Notes under the pieces: model-generated
Database searches by the model: none
What the model was told of the DNA's origin: nothing
Seen by the model: the letters and a program-made list of their open reading frames with translations, nothing else
DNA from: Candidatus Melainabacteria bacterium
GTDB taxonomy: Bacteria; Cyanobacteriota; Vampirovibrionia; LMEP-6097
DNA: 64,000 bases
Reading direction: 5' to 3'
Assembly (NCBI GenBank): GCA_005110385.1
Contig: DUDT01000006.1
Span: 9,334-73,333 of the forward strand
Part shown: positions 27,852 to 38,703 of the stretch, piece by piece
Layout of the letters: every line of letters begins with the position of its first letter
Position numbering within the stretch: the stretch's first letter is position 1
Made by a program: the position numbers and the translations under genes

Positions 27852-29057
27852 ATGCGAATATTTTTTATATTAATTTTATTTTCCCTAAGTGCCTGTTCTC
27901 TTATTAATAAGAATCGGCAGAATGATTTAGAAGCTAATGCAGAAGCTGAGCTTGAAGAAATTATCTCAGAAGATGAGCCCCTTAGTGCAGAAGAGCTAGA
28001 TAGATATTTTGCAGATCTGAGTACTCGGTATAAGAAGGTTTATTTAAACAGTTCTCGAAAAGAAGCTCTTAGTAAAGAGTTACACCATGGTGATTTACTC
28101 GGCAATTATGCACGTGAAAGATCTATGGTCATGGAGTTAATGTTTAATTTAGCTAATTCTAAAATTCCTTACTGTTTTCATATTTCTAAAGATCTTTCAG
28201 ACGAGCAGGCGGAGGATATAACCAGAAAATCTCTTAAGTCATTAAAAAAATTAAAAGCTAAAGATTTAGATTTCACACATATGTATTTGGTTAATTATTA
28301 TGCAGATGCTTATTTATTTTTAGGTGAAAAATCCTATATCTCTCTTGCAGAACAGCTTTATGAAAAATTATTAGAGAGATTGACTAATAGGGAGGGCTTT
28401 TTCGTTTTTCATACAGGAGAGTCTTTCCCAGACATGGATGATAATGCTTATGCCTTGCTGACTATAATTAAACTTTATAGAAATACTTTAGACTTAAGAT
28501 ATTTAGAAAAGGCATTGAGATTGGGTGATCAGATCCTAGATAAACTAGAAGGATCTTTCGTGAATACTGATTTAGCTAATTCCATGCTCTATCTCTATAA
28601 TTATACGGGTGAAAAGTATCTATTGGAGAAGGCTAGGTATTTTGCTGATTTAATTTTAAATGAGCCCGAATCTTTTAGAACATCTGAACATGCAAGGTTT
28701 ATGAATTTCCTCTACTATTTTTTAGCAGAGCAGAGCTATAAAGACTTTGCGGCTGAGACTTTAGAGAAAATAGTTAAAGAACAGCTTAAGGATAATGAGA
28801 AAAATTACTATTCACTTCTGCTACTAAAAGCAGAACTAGCTAGTGAGCCGGTTTTCTTGAAATTAAGCGCAAAAAATTCAAGAGATGCAGATTTTTTAGA
28901 TTTGCTCAGAACTTTTCTTAAAAAGCCTACTAATTATTATATTTTGGAGCTAAGCTTTGATGAGAATTTAAGAGAACCCGTGCTGAGGGTTTGCGTTGAT
29001 AAAAAATGTTCAGAAGATTTAAGATCAAAGAAAGCTTTAACTGCTTTTCTGAATTGA
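27852..29057 (+). CDS. Putative lipoprotein, all-helical
   Basis: Signal peptide with lipobox LSAC. DMDDNAYALLTIIKLY weakly resembles the alpha/alpha-toroid C-terminal domain of DUF255/YyaL-type proteins (tentative). Confidence 0.6.
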   Translation: MRIFFILILFSLSACSLINKNRQNDLEANAEAELEEIISEDEPLSAEELDRYFADLSTRYKKVYLNSSRKEALSKELHHGDLLGNYARERSMVMELMFNLANSKIPYCFHISKDLSDEQAEDITRKSLKSLKKLKAKDLDFTHMYLVNYYADAYLFLGEKSYISLAEQLYEKLLERLTNREGFFVFHTGESFPDMDDNAYALLTIIKLYRNTLDLRYLEKALRLGDQILDKLEGSFVNTDLANSMLYLYNYTGEKYLLEKARYFADLILNEPESFRTSEHARFMNFLYYFLAEQSYKDFAAETLEKIVKEQLKDNEKNYYSLLLLKAELASEPVFLKLSAKNSRDADFLDLLRTFLKKPTNYYILELSFDENLREPVLRVCVDKKCSEDLRSKKALTAFLN

Positions 29058-29060
29058 TTT

Positions 29061-31586
29061 TTAACCAGCATTAAGATTAACTGATTTTTGAAACTTTTCT
29101 AAAGCTCGTGCTAACGGAGGGAATTCTTTATTGATATCATCATGTTTTTCGCTAAATACTCTTGCTGAGTCTCTTGCTGCGATTAATAACTGCTCTTGAT
29201 CTACTAGTGAACTTAAAAAAGTGTCTCCAATACCAGACTGTTTAACTCCAAGAAAATCTCCAGCACCTCTGATCTGTAAATCATGCTGGGCGACGATAAA
29301 GCCATTATTACTTTTAACTAAAATTTCTAAACGCTGGTTAGTCTCTGGATTTTTAGAATTACTAGAAAGCAGGCAGTATGACTGTTTATTACTTCTGCCG
29401 ACTCTGCCTCTTAACTGATGTAACTGTGCTAAACCAAATCTCTGACAAGACTCAATTAAGATTACTGTGGCATCTGCTACGTCTATCCCTACTTCTATAA
29501 CGGTGGTAGAAACTAAAATCTGTAAATCCTTTTTGTAGAAGGCTTGCATGGTAGCTTCTTTATCTTCGTCGTTGAGCTTTCCATGCAGAAGACCTATTTT
29601 ATAGTCTTTAAAAGTAGTCTCTTTAAGCTTTTCATATTCAACGCTTGCGGCTTCTGCAGCAAGCGTTTCTGATTCATCAATTAAAGGGAAAACTATGTAT
29701 GCTTGATTACCTTTATCTAATTCGGTTTTAATAAGCTTATGGGCTTCTGATTTTTTCTTGGATATTTTAGTAATAATCGGTAGGCGATTAGCAGGGAGCT
29801 GATCTATTTCTGACATATCTAAATCTCCATGTAAAGCGAGGGCTAGTGTCCTTGGAATCGGAGTCGCCGTCATAAAGAGCTTTTCGACAAGTACTGTCGA
29901 TCCAGCTTTATTTTTAGCTTTTAAAGACAATTGTTCACGCTGTTTTACACCAAAGCGATGTTGTTCATCTATTATTACTAAGCCAAGATTCTGAAATTCC
30001 ACACTATCTTGGATGAGGGCATGCGTGCCGACTACTATGTTAACAGTGCCACCAGCTATTTCTTGTAATACACTACGCCTCTCTTTAGTTCCCTGTCTGC
30101 CTATTAATAGAGAAACTTTAATCTTTAAATGAGCGTTGAGTAGATTTATCCATTCTTGAAATTTTTTAAAATGTTGCTTTGCTAATATTTCGGTGGGAAC
30201 CATAATCGCTGATTGGTATCCATCATCTATCGCTACTAAAATAGCAAGAAACGCTACTACAGTTTTCCCAGCTCCTACATCCCCTTGTATTAACCTATGC
30301 ATAGGCTCATCGCTAACCATGTCTGGCAGTATCTCTTCGTAAAATACTCGTGCTTGAGCGTCTGTGAGCTGGAAGGGTAAAAGATCTAAGAATTTATCTA
30401 CTAAGCCACCCGAAAAGCAGTTAAATTGAATACCTTTTGATTTTTTTTTAACCTGTTTCCGAATTAGCATAAACTGTAGCTGAAGCAGAAAGAAATCATT
30501 AAAGATAAGTCTATGAGCAGCATTGTTAATTTCTAGTTGTGATTCAGGGAAATGTATTTGAGTAATCGCAGACTTTAGGCTCACTAATTGATTAGTATCT
30601 AAAACTTCTTCTGGTAAAAATTCTTTTACAGTGTCTATGTAAAGATCTATGCTACTTCTAATAGCTTTTCGTAATTGAATGGTAGAAAGTCCTTCAGTGA
30701 GAGGGTAAACGGGGATAATGCGATTTTCATTCTGCTCTGCTGATTCACTGATGTCATCACCAATGATTTCTATAACAGGGTTTGCGAAGCTGAGCTTTCG
30801 AGAAAATTTATCTATTTTTACTTTTCCGAAGCAGATAACTTTACTGCCTTCAGGATACATACCTTTAAATTGTTTTAAATAAAAGTGGCTAGAGTTACCC
30901 TGAAAGTATTTGATGATTTTAATTTTTCCAGAGATATCGCTAATCTCTATATTCATTACCACCAGATCCTTTTTCGGACTTTTAAAAGCATTGATTTTCG
31001 TGATTTCTCCGAATATCGTAGCGTTATCATCGATTTTTAAATCTTTAATAAGATCCTTGCTTTCAAAGAAAATATAATCACGAGGTTTATAAAGTAGTAA
31101 GTCCTTGCAGGTCTGTATGCCTATTTTGTCGAATTTTTCTGCTAATTTCTGTCCAACGCCTTTTACGAACTGTACGGGAATCTCTTCAGCATCTACATTT
31201 TTAAGATCAGCTTTAAATTTATCTTCCTTAGCTTTTTTTAGAGCCTTTAACCTCGCTGCATCTGCTGAATTTATAGAAAGATTGCGATGCTCTATGTCAC
31301 TTTCGTAATAATCCTCAAGCTCTAAAAGGATATCTAAAATATGATTAATATTAGCGATGCGCGAGGATAGGTCTAGAAAAGGATATCTAGAGATTAGTGC
31401 GTAAATTTTGTTCCATTTTTCACTATGTTCAAATATTTTAAGAGCGTTCCTAGACTCTTCTTTCATAAACGTGGTGAAGTCACCATTTTTACCTACTATG
31501 TTGATATAGTTGTGCTGAATTTCAAAGCGAATGCCAGTCCTGATTTTATTTATGGTCTGTAGACCGCTCTGTATCTGATTAATCAT
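29061..31586 (-). CDS. recG: ATP-dependent DNA helicase RecG (with a long N-terminal extension)
   Basis: GDVGAGKTVVA, DEQHRFGV, QLRGRVGR and a wedge domain. At 841 aa it is longer than typical RecG. Confidence 0.9.
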   Translation of the reverse strand: MINQIQSGLQTINKIRTGIRFEIQHNYINIVGKNGDFTTFMKEESRNALKIFEHSEKWNKIYALISRYPFLDLSSRIANINHILDILLELEDYYESDIEHRNLSINSADAARLKALKKAKEDKFKADLKNVDAEEIPVQFVKGVGQKLAEKFDKIGIQTCKDLLLYKPRDYIFFESKDLIKDLKIDDNATIFGEITKINAFKSPKKDLVVMNIEISDISGKIKIIKYFQGNSSHFYLKQFKGMYPEGSKVICFGKVKIDKFSRKLSFANPVIEIIGDDISESAEQNENRIIPVYPLTEGLSTIQLRKAIRSSIDLYIDTVKEFLPEEVLDTNQLVSLKSAITQIHFPESQLEINNAAHRLIFNDFFLLQLQFMLIRKQVKKKSKGIQFNCFSGGLVDKFLDLLPFQLTDAQARVFYEEILPDMVSDEPMHRLIQGDVGAGKTVVAFLAILVAIDDGYQSAIMVPTEILAKQHFKKFQEWINLLNAHLKIKVSLLIGRQGTKERRSVLQEIAGGTVNIVVGTHALIQDSVEFQNLGLVIIDEQHRFGVKQREQLSLKAKNKAGSTVLVEKLFMTATPIPRTLALALHGDLDMSEIDQLPANRLPIITKISKKKSEAHKLIKTELDKGNQAYIVFPLIDESETLAAEAASVEYEKLKETTFKDYKIGLLHGKLNDEDKEATMQAFYKKDLQILVSTTVIEVGIDVADATVILIESCQRFGLAQLHQLRGRVGRSNKQSYCLLSSNSKNPETNQRLEILVKSNNGFIVAQHDLQIRGAGDFLGVKQSGIGDTFLSSLVDQEQLLIAARDSARVFSEKHDDINKEFPPLARALEKFQKSVNLNAG

Positions 31587-31681
31587 TTCTGAATTGCTTT
31601 ATCAGTTTTAATCTCAAACTTTTATTTACTTATTCTGCCTAAGCTATAATTTTAGAGAAATCTAAAGAGATTGTGTTAATT

Positions 31682-32644
31682 ATGACTATAACTAATAAAT
31701 TAAACATTGCAGACAATATTATAGAGACTATTGGTAGAACACCTCTAGTAAGGCTGAATCAGGGAAAAATGCTTGATTCAGAGCATCTTGCGGATGTCGT
31801 TTTAAAGCTAGAGTTTTTTAATCCAGGTGGTTCTGTCAAGGATCGTATTGCTATGAGTATGGTTAATGCGGCGGAAGAAGCAGGTTTAATTTCTCCAAAT
31901 AAGTCAGTTATTGTCGAGCCAACTAGTGGTAACACTGGCATAGGCTTAGCTTTAGTCTGTGCGGCTAAGGGTTATAAATTAATACTCACTATGCCAGATA
32001 CGATGAGCATAGAGAGAAGAAAATTATTAAAAGCTTATGGAGCTGATTTGGTGTTAACTCCAGGGGCCTTAGGGATGAGAGGGGCTATCGCTAAAGCTGA
32101 AGAATTAACTAATACTTTGCCAAACGGCTTTATGCCACAGCAGTTTAGCAATTTGGCTAATCCTAAGATCCACAGGGATACCACTGCAGATGAAATTTGG
32201 GAAGATACCGCAGGCGGGGTAGATATTATCGTCGCTGGTGTAGGAACAGGGGGGACTATTACTGGATTAGGTCAAGTACTGAAATCTAAAAAAACGAGTA
32301 TCAAGCTTTATGCTGTAGAACCAGAAGAATCTCCAGTAATCTCTGGTGGTGAGCCTGGTCCACATAAAATTCAAGGTATCGGAGCGGGTTTTGTTCCAGA
32401 TAACTTGGATAAATCTTTACTAGATGGGGTTATAAAAGTGAATGTCACTGCAGCAGTAGCTACTGCTCGTAAAGTCGCTGCTAAAGAGGGTATACTCTGT
32501 GGTATTTCTTCTGGAGCTACTTTGGATGCGGCTTTACAGCTAGCTAAAGATCCACTGAATAAAGGCAAGATGATAGTAGTAATTATTCCATCTAATGGGG
32601 AAAGATACTTATCGACTGTGCTTTATGCTGATTTAGAGGTATAG
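31682..32644 (+). CDS. cysK: Cysteine synthase A (O-acetylserine sulfhydrylase)
   Basis: NPGGSVKDR (PLP Lys), [10 protein letters not shown] and GTGGTITG. I prefer ATG 31682 over GTG 31673. Confidence 0.9.
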   Translation: MTITNKLNIADNIIETIGRTPLVRLNQGKMLDSEHLADVVLKLEFFNPGGSVKDRIAMSMVNAAEEAGLISPNKSVIVEPTSGNTGIGLALVCAAKGYKLILTMPDTMSIERRKLLKAYGADLVLTPGALGMRGAIAKAEELTNTLPNGFMPQQFSNLANPKIHRDTTADEIWEDTAGGVDIIVAGVGTGGTITGLGQVLKSKKTSIKLYAVEPEESPVISGGEPGPHKIQGIGAGFVPDNLDKSLLDGVIKVNVTAAVATARKVAAKEGILCGISSGATLDAALQLAKDPLNKGKMIVVIIPSNGERYLSTVLYADLEV

Positions 32645-32651
32645 ATAAAAA

Positions 32652-32728
<77 letters not shown>

Positions 32729-32754
32729 TAAAGGATTTTAGCAAAGCTTAAGCC

Positions 32755-33264
32755 TTAATAGCAAATGTTATTTTCATTACATACGGAAAACTGGTCTTTA
32801 GTCACTCTATAAACTTCTCTAGTAGTTTCTTTTACACGAGAAAACACGTCTATGACGATAGTCTTAGCGTTTTCTTCAATTGAAGGAGCGGTCAATTCTG
32901 GGCATCTAGAAAGATCAAAGTCACATTCTTTTAATAAACGTTGTTCCTGCTTGTGTCTTTTGCTAATCTCCATCAAATCTAGGCTGCCACCGATTTGATA
33001 AGTTTTATCCCAAGGCTGGTAAATAAGTTCAGTGTTAAGTATCCCGATTTTAGGTTTTAGTTTAGCTACAGGAATCTTAATGTTTGTTGTAGATTCATTA
33101 TTAGTTTCAAGTGGAGCTAAATTTGACCTGTAGCCTACTTGATAGTTATTTAGTTCCTGAATCGCCTCATTATTGAGACGAATCTTTTCAAAGCTGTTAG
33201 CTTGAACTTCTGAGATTAGAGTTATTACGAAAAAGATTAAAATGTTTTTTAATATTTTTTTCAT
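32755..33264 (-). CDS. Secreted hypothetical protein
   Basis: N-terminal signal peptide MKKILKNILIFFVITLISEVQA; no known motif. Confidence 0.6.
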   Translation of the reverse strand: MKKILKNILIFFVITLISEVQANSFEKIRLNNEAIQELNNYQVGYRSNLAPLETNNESTTNIKIPVAKLKPKIGILNTELIYQPWDKTYQIGGSLDLMEISKRHKQEQRLLKECDFDLSRCPELTAPSIEENAKTIVIDVFSRVKETTREVYRVTKDQFSVCNENNICY

Positions 33265-33308
33265 TTTTCTTAGCTTCCTCTAAGCCTTGCATTTAGTTTA
33301 GAGCAGAA

Positions 33309-33992
33309 CTAGAAAGGATTTGCTCTAAGATCGAAACTTAGTTTTACGGTATCGCTGATTAGTTTATCTCCAAGATTGCTGAAGAATTTCCCTGAGCCGT
33401 ATTTAACATCGAAATCAGTTCTGTCAAAGATAAAGTTCCCTTTAAAGCTATAGTTAAAACCATCTGTAGCGTAGAATCCAGTAATATTAGTATTTTTTTT
33501 AGTATTTTTAATAGTTAATTGACCAATTAGTTGATATTTTTTATCGCTAATTTTTTGAACTTGAGTTGATTTAAATGTCGCTTCTGGATATTTTTTTACG
33601 TCAAAGAAATCGGGACTTTTTAAATGCTGGACTATTTTACTTTGTAATTCACCACTGAGATTGTCATTAGTAATGCTAGTCATATCCATGATTAATTCAG
33701 CAGCAGTAATTTCTCCAGCTGTATTGACTATGACTTTACCTTTTTTTACTTTAATGCCGCCACTGTGTTCTGCTATTACAGGTGAGCCATTAGTGCCGTA
33801 CCATCTTATTGAGCTGCGACTAGGGTTTAGCTCTAAAGCTTCGCCGATAATCGCAGTGGGAAATTTTTTTTCCTTTGCTTCTTTATTTTTCTTTTCTGCA
33901 AAAGCAGAACTGTTTAATTGAGTGAAGAATATAATGCTGATAAAGGCAGTTAGGCTCAATATATTAGGTAAAGATTTCTTTAGAGTTTTCAT
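33309..33992 (-). CDS. YceI-like periplasmic protein
   Basis: Has a signal peptide. The pattern SSIRWYG...HSG...ATFKST...GQLTIKN is typical of the YceI lipid/polyisoprenoid-binding family. Confidence 0.75.
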   Translation of the reverse strand: MKTLKKSLPNILSLTAFISIIFFTQLNSSAFAEKKNKEAKEKKFPTAIIGEALELNPSRSSIRWYGTNGSPVIAEHSGGIKVKKGKVIVNTAGEITAAELIMDMTSITNDNLSGELQSKIVQHLKSPDFFDVKKYPEATFKSTQVQKISDKKYQLIGQLTIKNTKKNTNITGFYATDGFNYSFKGNFIFDRTDFDVKYGSGKFFSNLGDKLISDTVKLSFDLRANPF

Positions 33993-34038
33993 TTTTGTTA
34001 CAACAATTGAGTATACTATCAGTGGGCGTATAGATTAT

Positions 34039-35298
34039 ATGGTTCAAAGAAAGAAAATTATTATTATTGGTGGTGGTTTTGGAGGAATCTTTACTGCTCG
34101 GAAACTGGCTAATCATAATATTGATGTTTTACTTATCGATAAACAGAATCATCACCTTTTTCAGCCGCTACTTTACCAGGTAGCAGCTGGAATTCTTTCA
34201 CCAGAGAACGTGGCAATACCTTTGAGATTGGTTTTCGCGGATAATAAAAATGTGAAAGTTCGTATGGAAGAGGTTCTTAGCGTAGATAAAACTACTCAAA
34301 AAGTTATAACTAATGAGAATGAATATTTTTATGATTTTTTAGTTATTGCGACAGGAAGTACTTATAATTTCTTTGGTCATAATGAATGGGCTAAGCATGT
34401 TTTTACGCTGAAAACTCTAGCTGGAGCATTGAAACTTAAGAATCATATTCAGACTCAGTTTGAGAGAGCTTTAGTTATTAAAGACTCTGCTGAAAAAGAA
34501 AAATTGCTGACTTTTGCAATAGTAGGAGCTGGTCCTACTGGGGTCGAGATGGCTGGGATAATTTCTGAGATAGCGAAGAAATTTACTCAAGAGGAATCGA
34601 CAATTAAGTTTCAGGATATCAAAGTTAATTTAATTGAAACGGCAGAAAGGCCATTAGCTGCTTTTTCTACTTATCTGTCTGATTATTCAGTACAGGCTAT
34701 GCATAAACTTGGTATTAAGGTAAAGCTCAATACTACTGTAGAAGAGATACGACATAATTATATTAAAACTTCTGAAGGTGAAATCCATTCTAACACCATT
34801 GTTTGGGCGGCTGGGGTTTTAGGAGTAGGGGCTGCAAGCCTCTTGAATATCTTGAAACCGGCTAGGGGAAATAAAGTAACAGTAACTGAATATCTAAATT
34901 TATGTGACGATGATAAAGTTTTTGTTATTGGTGATACGGCTGAATTTATCCAAAATGATAGACCTTTACCTGGTTTGGGATCGGTGGCCAAGCAGCAGGG
35001 TATTTATTTAGGTAGAGCTTTGAGGAAAATAGTTCGAGGTGAAGATCGTAGAGAGATAAAACCCTTTAAGTATGAGGATTATGGCATTATGGCCATAATT
35101 GGTAAAAGAGCTGCTGTTGCTGAATTACCTTTAGTTCATTTGCAGGGAGTCCCAGCTTGGATACTATGGGGATTAGTTCATTTATTATTGTTAATAGGCT
35201 TTAGAAATCGCGCTATAGTTCTTTTTGATTGGGTTTGGACTTATTTAGCAGGTAGTTACTCTTCTCGTGTAATAAATCAAGTTAATTATGAAGCTTGA
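34039..35298 (+). CDS. ndh: Type II NADH:quinone oxidoreductase
   Basis: Two Rossmann motifs IIIIGGGFGG and AIVGAGPTGVE, plus VFVIGDTA. I prefer the start at ATG 34039; the track start at 33922 overlaps the YceI-like gene. Confidence 0.85.
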   Translation: MVQRKKIIIIGGGFGGIFTARKLANHNIDVLLIDKQNHHLFQPLLYQVAAGILSPENVAIPLRLVFADNKNVKVRMEEVLSVDKTTQKVITNENEYFYDFLVIATGSTYNFFGHNEWAKHVFTLKTLAGALKLKNHIQTQFERALVIKDSAEKEKLLTFAIVGAGPTGVEMAGIISEIAKKFTQEESTIKFQDIKVNLIETAERPLAAFSTYLSDYSVQAMHKLGIKVKLNTTVEEIRHNYIKTSEGEIHSNTIVWAAGVLGVGAASLLNILKPARGNKVTVTEYLNLCDDDKVFVIGDTAEFIQNDRPLPGLGSVAKQQGIYLGRALRKIVRGEDRREIKPFKYEDYGIMAIIGKRAAVAELPLVHLQGVPAWILWGLVHLLLLIGFRNRAIVLFDWVWTYLAGSYSSRVINQVNYEA

Positions 35299-35299
35299 T

Positions 35300-38200
35300 T
35301 TAGTCGATACAGCCATTCCCAAAGGTAGAAGCCCCCGCAGAGAAAGCTTTTCTGAGTAAATCTAAATATTTTAGCGGAATGCTATTAATACTTAGTGGGT
35401 TTAATTCGTTCTCCTTGCAGTGGTGAATGATTTTACTGATACTGTAAGCAAGTCCTAGTCTAGGAACTACAGCATCGTCTCTGCGAGCTAATAGTAGATC
35501 CCTTTCTTCAGGATTATTCTGTAAAAGCTCTTTAAGGGAGATATTTTCTGGATCACTTACTTTATAACCTTTAACTTTAGCGATAAAGCTTTTAGTAGCT
35601 CGGTTACCGATAATTAGTTTCTGTAATAACTTATCCTCTTCTACTCTGTAATTAGGATTACTAGCTGATTCTATAATTTTCCTAGCTTCAGAATAAGCAG
35701 CCATATCTGCTGTAAATATGCCTCGCTCTAATGAGTCGATAATATGTTTTAGTAGGCGAGTTTCTTGTTTAGATTCAGGCTGATGATAGTGGTAGTTTAG
35801 TTCTTGTATAAACTCCGCATCATTATCTAATCCCTGATAGCCATAGAAAGATACGTGGTTACCACCGAGTAAATTAAACATCGCAGAATAAGGGATGGCT
35901 CTTATGTCAGCAAGCAAGCCTAATATTTCACTTATAGAAAGCTTTTTACTTAAAATATCTAAATCATTATTATATTCAGGGTCACTCAGTATCCCTTTAA
36001 CCTTAGCTCCAGAGCGGCTAGTAGGTCTGCTCGCTATATTAAAGAGATCTAAATAAATCAACGGTGATTTTATAACGTGTGCAAAATACTCTCTAAGAGT
36101 GTTTTCATTAGTGCAGATATTATCGTCATTTAAATCTAAGCCAAAGACTTCTTCCCTAAGCTGCTTTCTAACTCTTTCTATTAGAGAGTTTAAGAATTTT
36201 ACGAATTTAGGATCGAGTAGCAGTTCTTGCGGCTCTCCTAGTTTATCTTGGACGAGCTTTCTGCCTGAAATTTCAGAAGTAGCGAAAATAAATTCCTGTA
36301 TCATTTCATGGCTTTTAAAAAAAGAAATAAGCTGCTGAGCACCACCGCCCTGTAAGGTTCTTTCATAGTGAGCATTTGAGCCTATAGGCTGAGTGCAAGT
36401 GGCTGTGCGTTTGAATTCAAGCCCGCCACCACGCTCTATTGGTTCACCCCAGCCGTCGAAATTGATTAATTTAACTTGTTTGATTTTTTGTGATTCGTAA
36501 ATTCTTAGCCATAAAGCCTTTTCTTCTGAGCTGAAATTATTCTGAAAAAGATCAGAGAATGTATCTATTGCAAGCTTTATTGCTAGAGCTTCTTCTAGTT
36601 CAGGCTTGTTTTTTAATAAATTATGCCAAGCAGCAAGGGAAACTCCCTTGCTGCTTGTATTTAAGCTTTCCTCGGCTTCATTGAAAATATACTCATCAAG
36701 AAAGGCATTAAAAATTTCTGTAACGATAGTGTCAAGCTGCTTTGAGCGAAACATTTCCCACTGTGAAGCGGTGAAACCATTTTGTTTACCACTATCTGAA
36801 GGACCGCGCATTTTAATAAATTCGCCACGATGTCTAAGTAAGTATAAGCGCCAAGCTTTATTAGAGAGAGCTTCTATTGTACATTTATATGAATTCCTAA
36901 GATCGGAAATTTGTTCAGTTAAAGGAACTATTTCAAGTGAAGCTAATGTGTCTTCAAGGATCATCGAAGATCCTTGACTAGAACTGCTGATAATATATTT
37001 AGATAGTATTAAAGTGTTTAACATATCTTCAAAGCAGGTATTCATACTGATAATCTGTCTTTTAATGCCACCCGCACGAGTAAGGGAGAGAAGTTCTAAG
37101 GTCTGAATTGCTTTTTGGTTTAGTTTCCCGTCTGAGTCAGTTAATTTCTCTTTTAAATCTATTATTTTTTTCTGAGTCTCTTCTCTATTGAGTTCTGCTT
37201 TTAAGAGAAAATCGGTTTTTGCTGAAATGTCGCCGTAGACTTTGAAGCCAGATAAATTTTCTGTAAGAAAATTAATTACTTCGTTTCCTTGTCTTGTATG
37301 ACCATGTGAGCCGAATTTACCAAAAATTTCTATTTTTTTGATAATAATTTCTATTTCTTTACTGTTCACGCCTTCTTTATTTGCGATTATGGCTTTTAAT
37401 GGTGCAAGCAAAGTCTCTTCACTACAGTATTTGTCAAAATCAAAGTCAAAATTATAGTCACCAGTGTAGGCGATTCTCTGCCTTTGTGTTTCTAAAGAGT
37501 CGATCGCTTTAGCTAGAGGATGTAAAATTCTATGGTCTATCACCAGTCTGTAAGCTTGTTTGTTTGATTTGTAGACTGGGTTTTCTGTGATGATATTGTC
37601 GTAAAGTTTTTTAAAGTCACTGTTTATAAAAAAAGTTTTACTAGGCAGTTCTTTATCAAAGGTGAAGTCGTCGCTTAAAGTCTGCCAAAGCCTCTGTATA
37701 TCAGCAAAGTATTTTTTATAAAAGTGTAGATTTTCATTAATAAGCGTTTTAAAATGTTCTTCCTTGTTTACAGTTGGGTTTCCATCTATGTCGCGTGCTA
37801 CCCAGCTATGTAATTTAAAAAACTCTGGATGAATATAAAACTTCTCACCTAAGGCTTTACTAAGTTCATTGCCGAGTACGACTAGAGTCTCTGGGATGAT
37901 TTCATAAATTTGACTGACACTTTTTAGGAAATTCTGTGATTCATCAGAGGGTTTAAGCTTATTTTCATTATAAGGCTTAACTCTAATCATGTGGCTGATT
38001 GATATGGCGAGATCTTCTTTAATTAATTCAAGTTTCTCGTCGATCTTTTCTTGACTGGATTCATCTCGAATAGTGTCTGCTACAGAGTTTACTTTCTCTA
38101 TCATATTTGAAATATGATGCATATAATCTGGCTGTATACCAGCAGTAGGATGTGCTGTGAGAACGAGATTTGCTGATAAGTCTTTAGAGAATATCTTTAA

Positions 38201-38599
38201 AATCTCTTCCTTACTGAATTTATTTTCAAGAAAGAAGTTGATTAATTTTCTTGCGAAAAGTATTTCAGAGTTTTTATTTTTACTTACATCAGCACTCGCT
38301 GTGCTGGATTGGTTTAATAAAAGATAAGCTTCTAAAATCCAGGCGAATATCTTCGTTTCATATTCTGGTTTTTCAGAAATTTTACTAAAGATGGTAAGTA
38401 CTTTACTTAAATCTCTATCTTCGCTTTTTAATATATTTCTAAATGCACTTATATAGTCAATAAATTCATAAGCTAGCTGTTTACGTAAATTGCTATCAGT
38501 GCTGATATTACTATCGAAGTTAATCCTGTTCCAAATCTGCTTGCCAACGAGGTTCCCGATAATACGGTATAAGGATCTGATCGCAGGTTTAATTGCCAT
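35300..38599 (-). CDS. ppc: Phosphoenolpyruvate carboxylase, divergent
   Basis: VLTAHPT, GPSDSGKQNG (cf. GYSDSxKDxG), ERGGG, SRPTSRSG and RAIPY motifs occur in canonical order. The C-terminus ends FGNGCID rather than the usual ...NTG. Confidence 0.75.
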   Translation of the reverse strand: MAIKPAIRSLYRIIGNLVGKQIWNRINFDSNISTDSNLRKQLAYEFIDYISAFRNILKSEDRDLSKVLTIFSKISEKPEYETKIFAWILEAYLLLNQSSTASADVSKNKNSEILFARKLINFFLENKFSKEEILKIFSKDLSANLVLTAHPTAGIQPDYMHHISNMIEKVNSVADTIRDESSQEKIDEKLELIKEDLAISISHMIRVKPYNENKLKPSDESQNFLKSVSQIYEIIPETLVVLGNELSKALGEKFYIHPEFFKLHSWVARDIDGNPTVNKEEHFKTLINENLHFYKKYFADIQRLWQTLSDDFTFDKELPSKTFFINSDFKKLYDNIITENPVYKSNKQAYRLVIDHRILHPLAKAIDSLETQRQRIAYTGDYNFDFDFDKYCSEETLLAPLKAIIANKEGVNSKEIEIIIKKIEIFGKFGSHGHTRQGNEVINFLTENLSGFKVYGDISAKTDFLLKAELNREETQKKIIDLKEKLTDSDGKLNQKAIQTLELLSLTRAGGIKRQIISMNTCFEDMLNTLILSKYIISSSSQGSSMILEDTLASLEIVPLTEQISDLRNSYKCTIEALSNKAWRLYLLRHRGEFIKMRGPSDSGKQNGFTASQWEMFRSKQLDTIVTEIFNAFLDEYIFNEAEESLNTSSKGVSLAAWHNLLKNKPELEEALAIKLAIDTFSDLFQNNFSSEEKALWLRIYESQKIKQVKLINFDGWGEPIERGGGLEFKRTATCTQPIGSNAHYERTLQGGGAQQLISFFKSHEMIQEFIFATSEISGRKLVQDKLGEPQELLLDPKFVKFLNSLIERVRKQLREEVFGLDLNDDNICTNENTLREYFAHVIKSPLIYLDLFNIASRPTSRSGAKVKGILSDPEYNNDLDILSKKLSISEILGLLADIRAIPYSAMFNLLGGNHVSFYGYQGLDNDAEFIQELNYHYHQPESKQETRLLKHIIDSLERGIFTADMAAYSEARKIIESASNPNYRVEEDKLLQKLIIGNRATKSFIAKVKGYKVSDPENISLKELLQNNPEERDLLLARRDDAVVPRLGLAYSISKIIHHCKENELNPLSINSIPLKYLDLLRKAFSAGASTFGNGCID

Positions 38600-38630
38600 T
38601 GTTTTAGTATAACCTGCAATTTAGATAGAA

Positions 38631-38685
38631 AAAGCACCCTAGGCTTGAACTTGCACGTTTGCGAGTAGTCTCTGGAGGGTGCTTT
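38631..38685 (-). terminator. Large-loop hairpin flanked by A- and T-runs (terminator candidate); the loop carries the 22-nt motif
   Basis: AAAGCACCCT (38631-38640) pairs with AGGGTGCTTT (38676-38685), with a 35-nt loop. It lies between the stop of the 38704 gene and the ppc start. Confidence 0.4.
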
Positions 38686-38703
38686 TTTTATTATTAATTA
38701 CTT

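Noticed and set aside
33922-34038. N-terminal 39-aa extension of ndh from the track start
   Set aside because: The extension overlaps the YceI-like gene start region and precedes the canonical MVQRKKIIIIGGGFGG Rossmann N-terminus, so I prefer ATG 34039.
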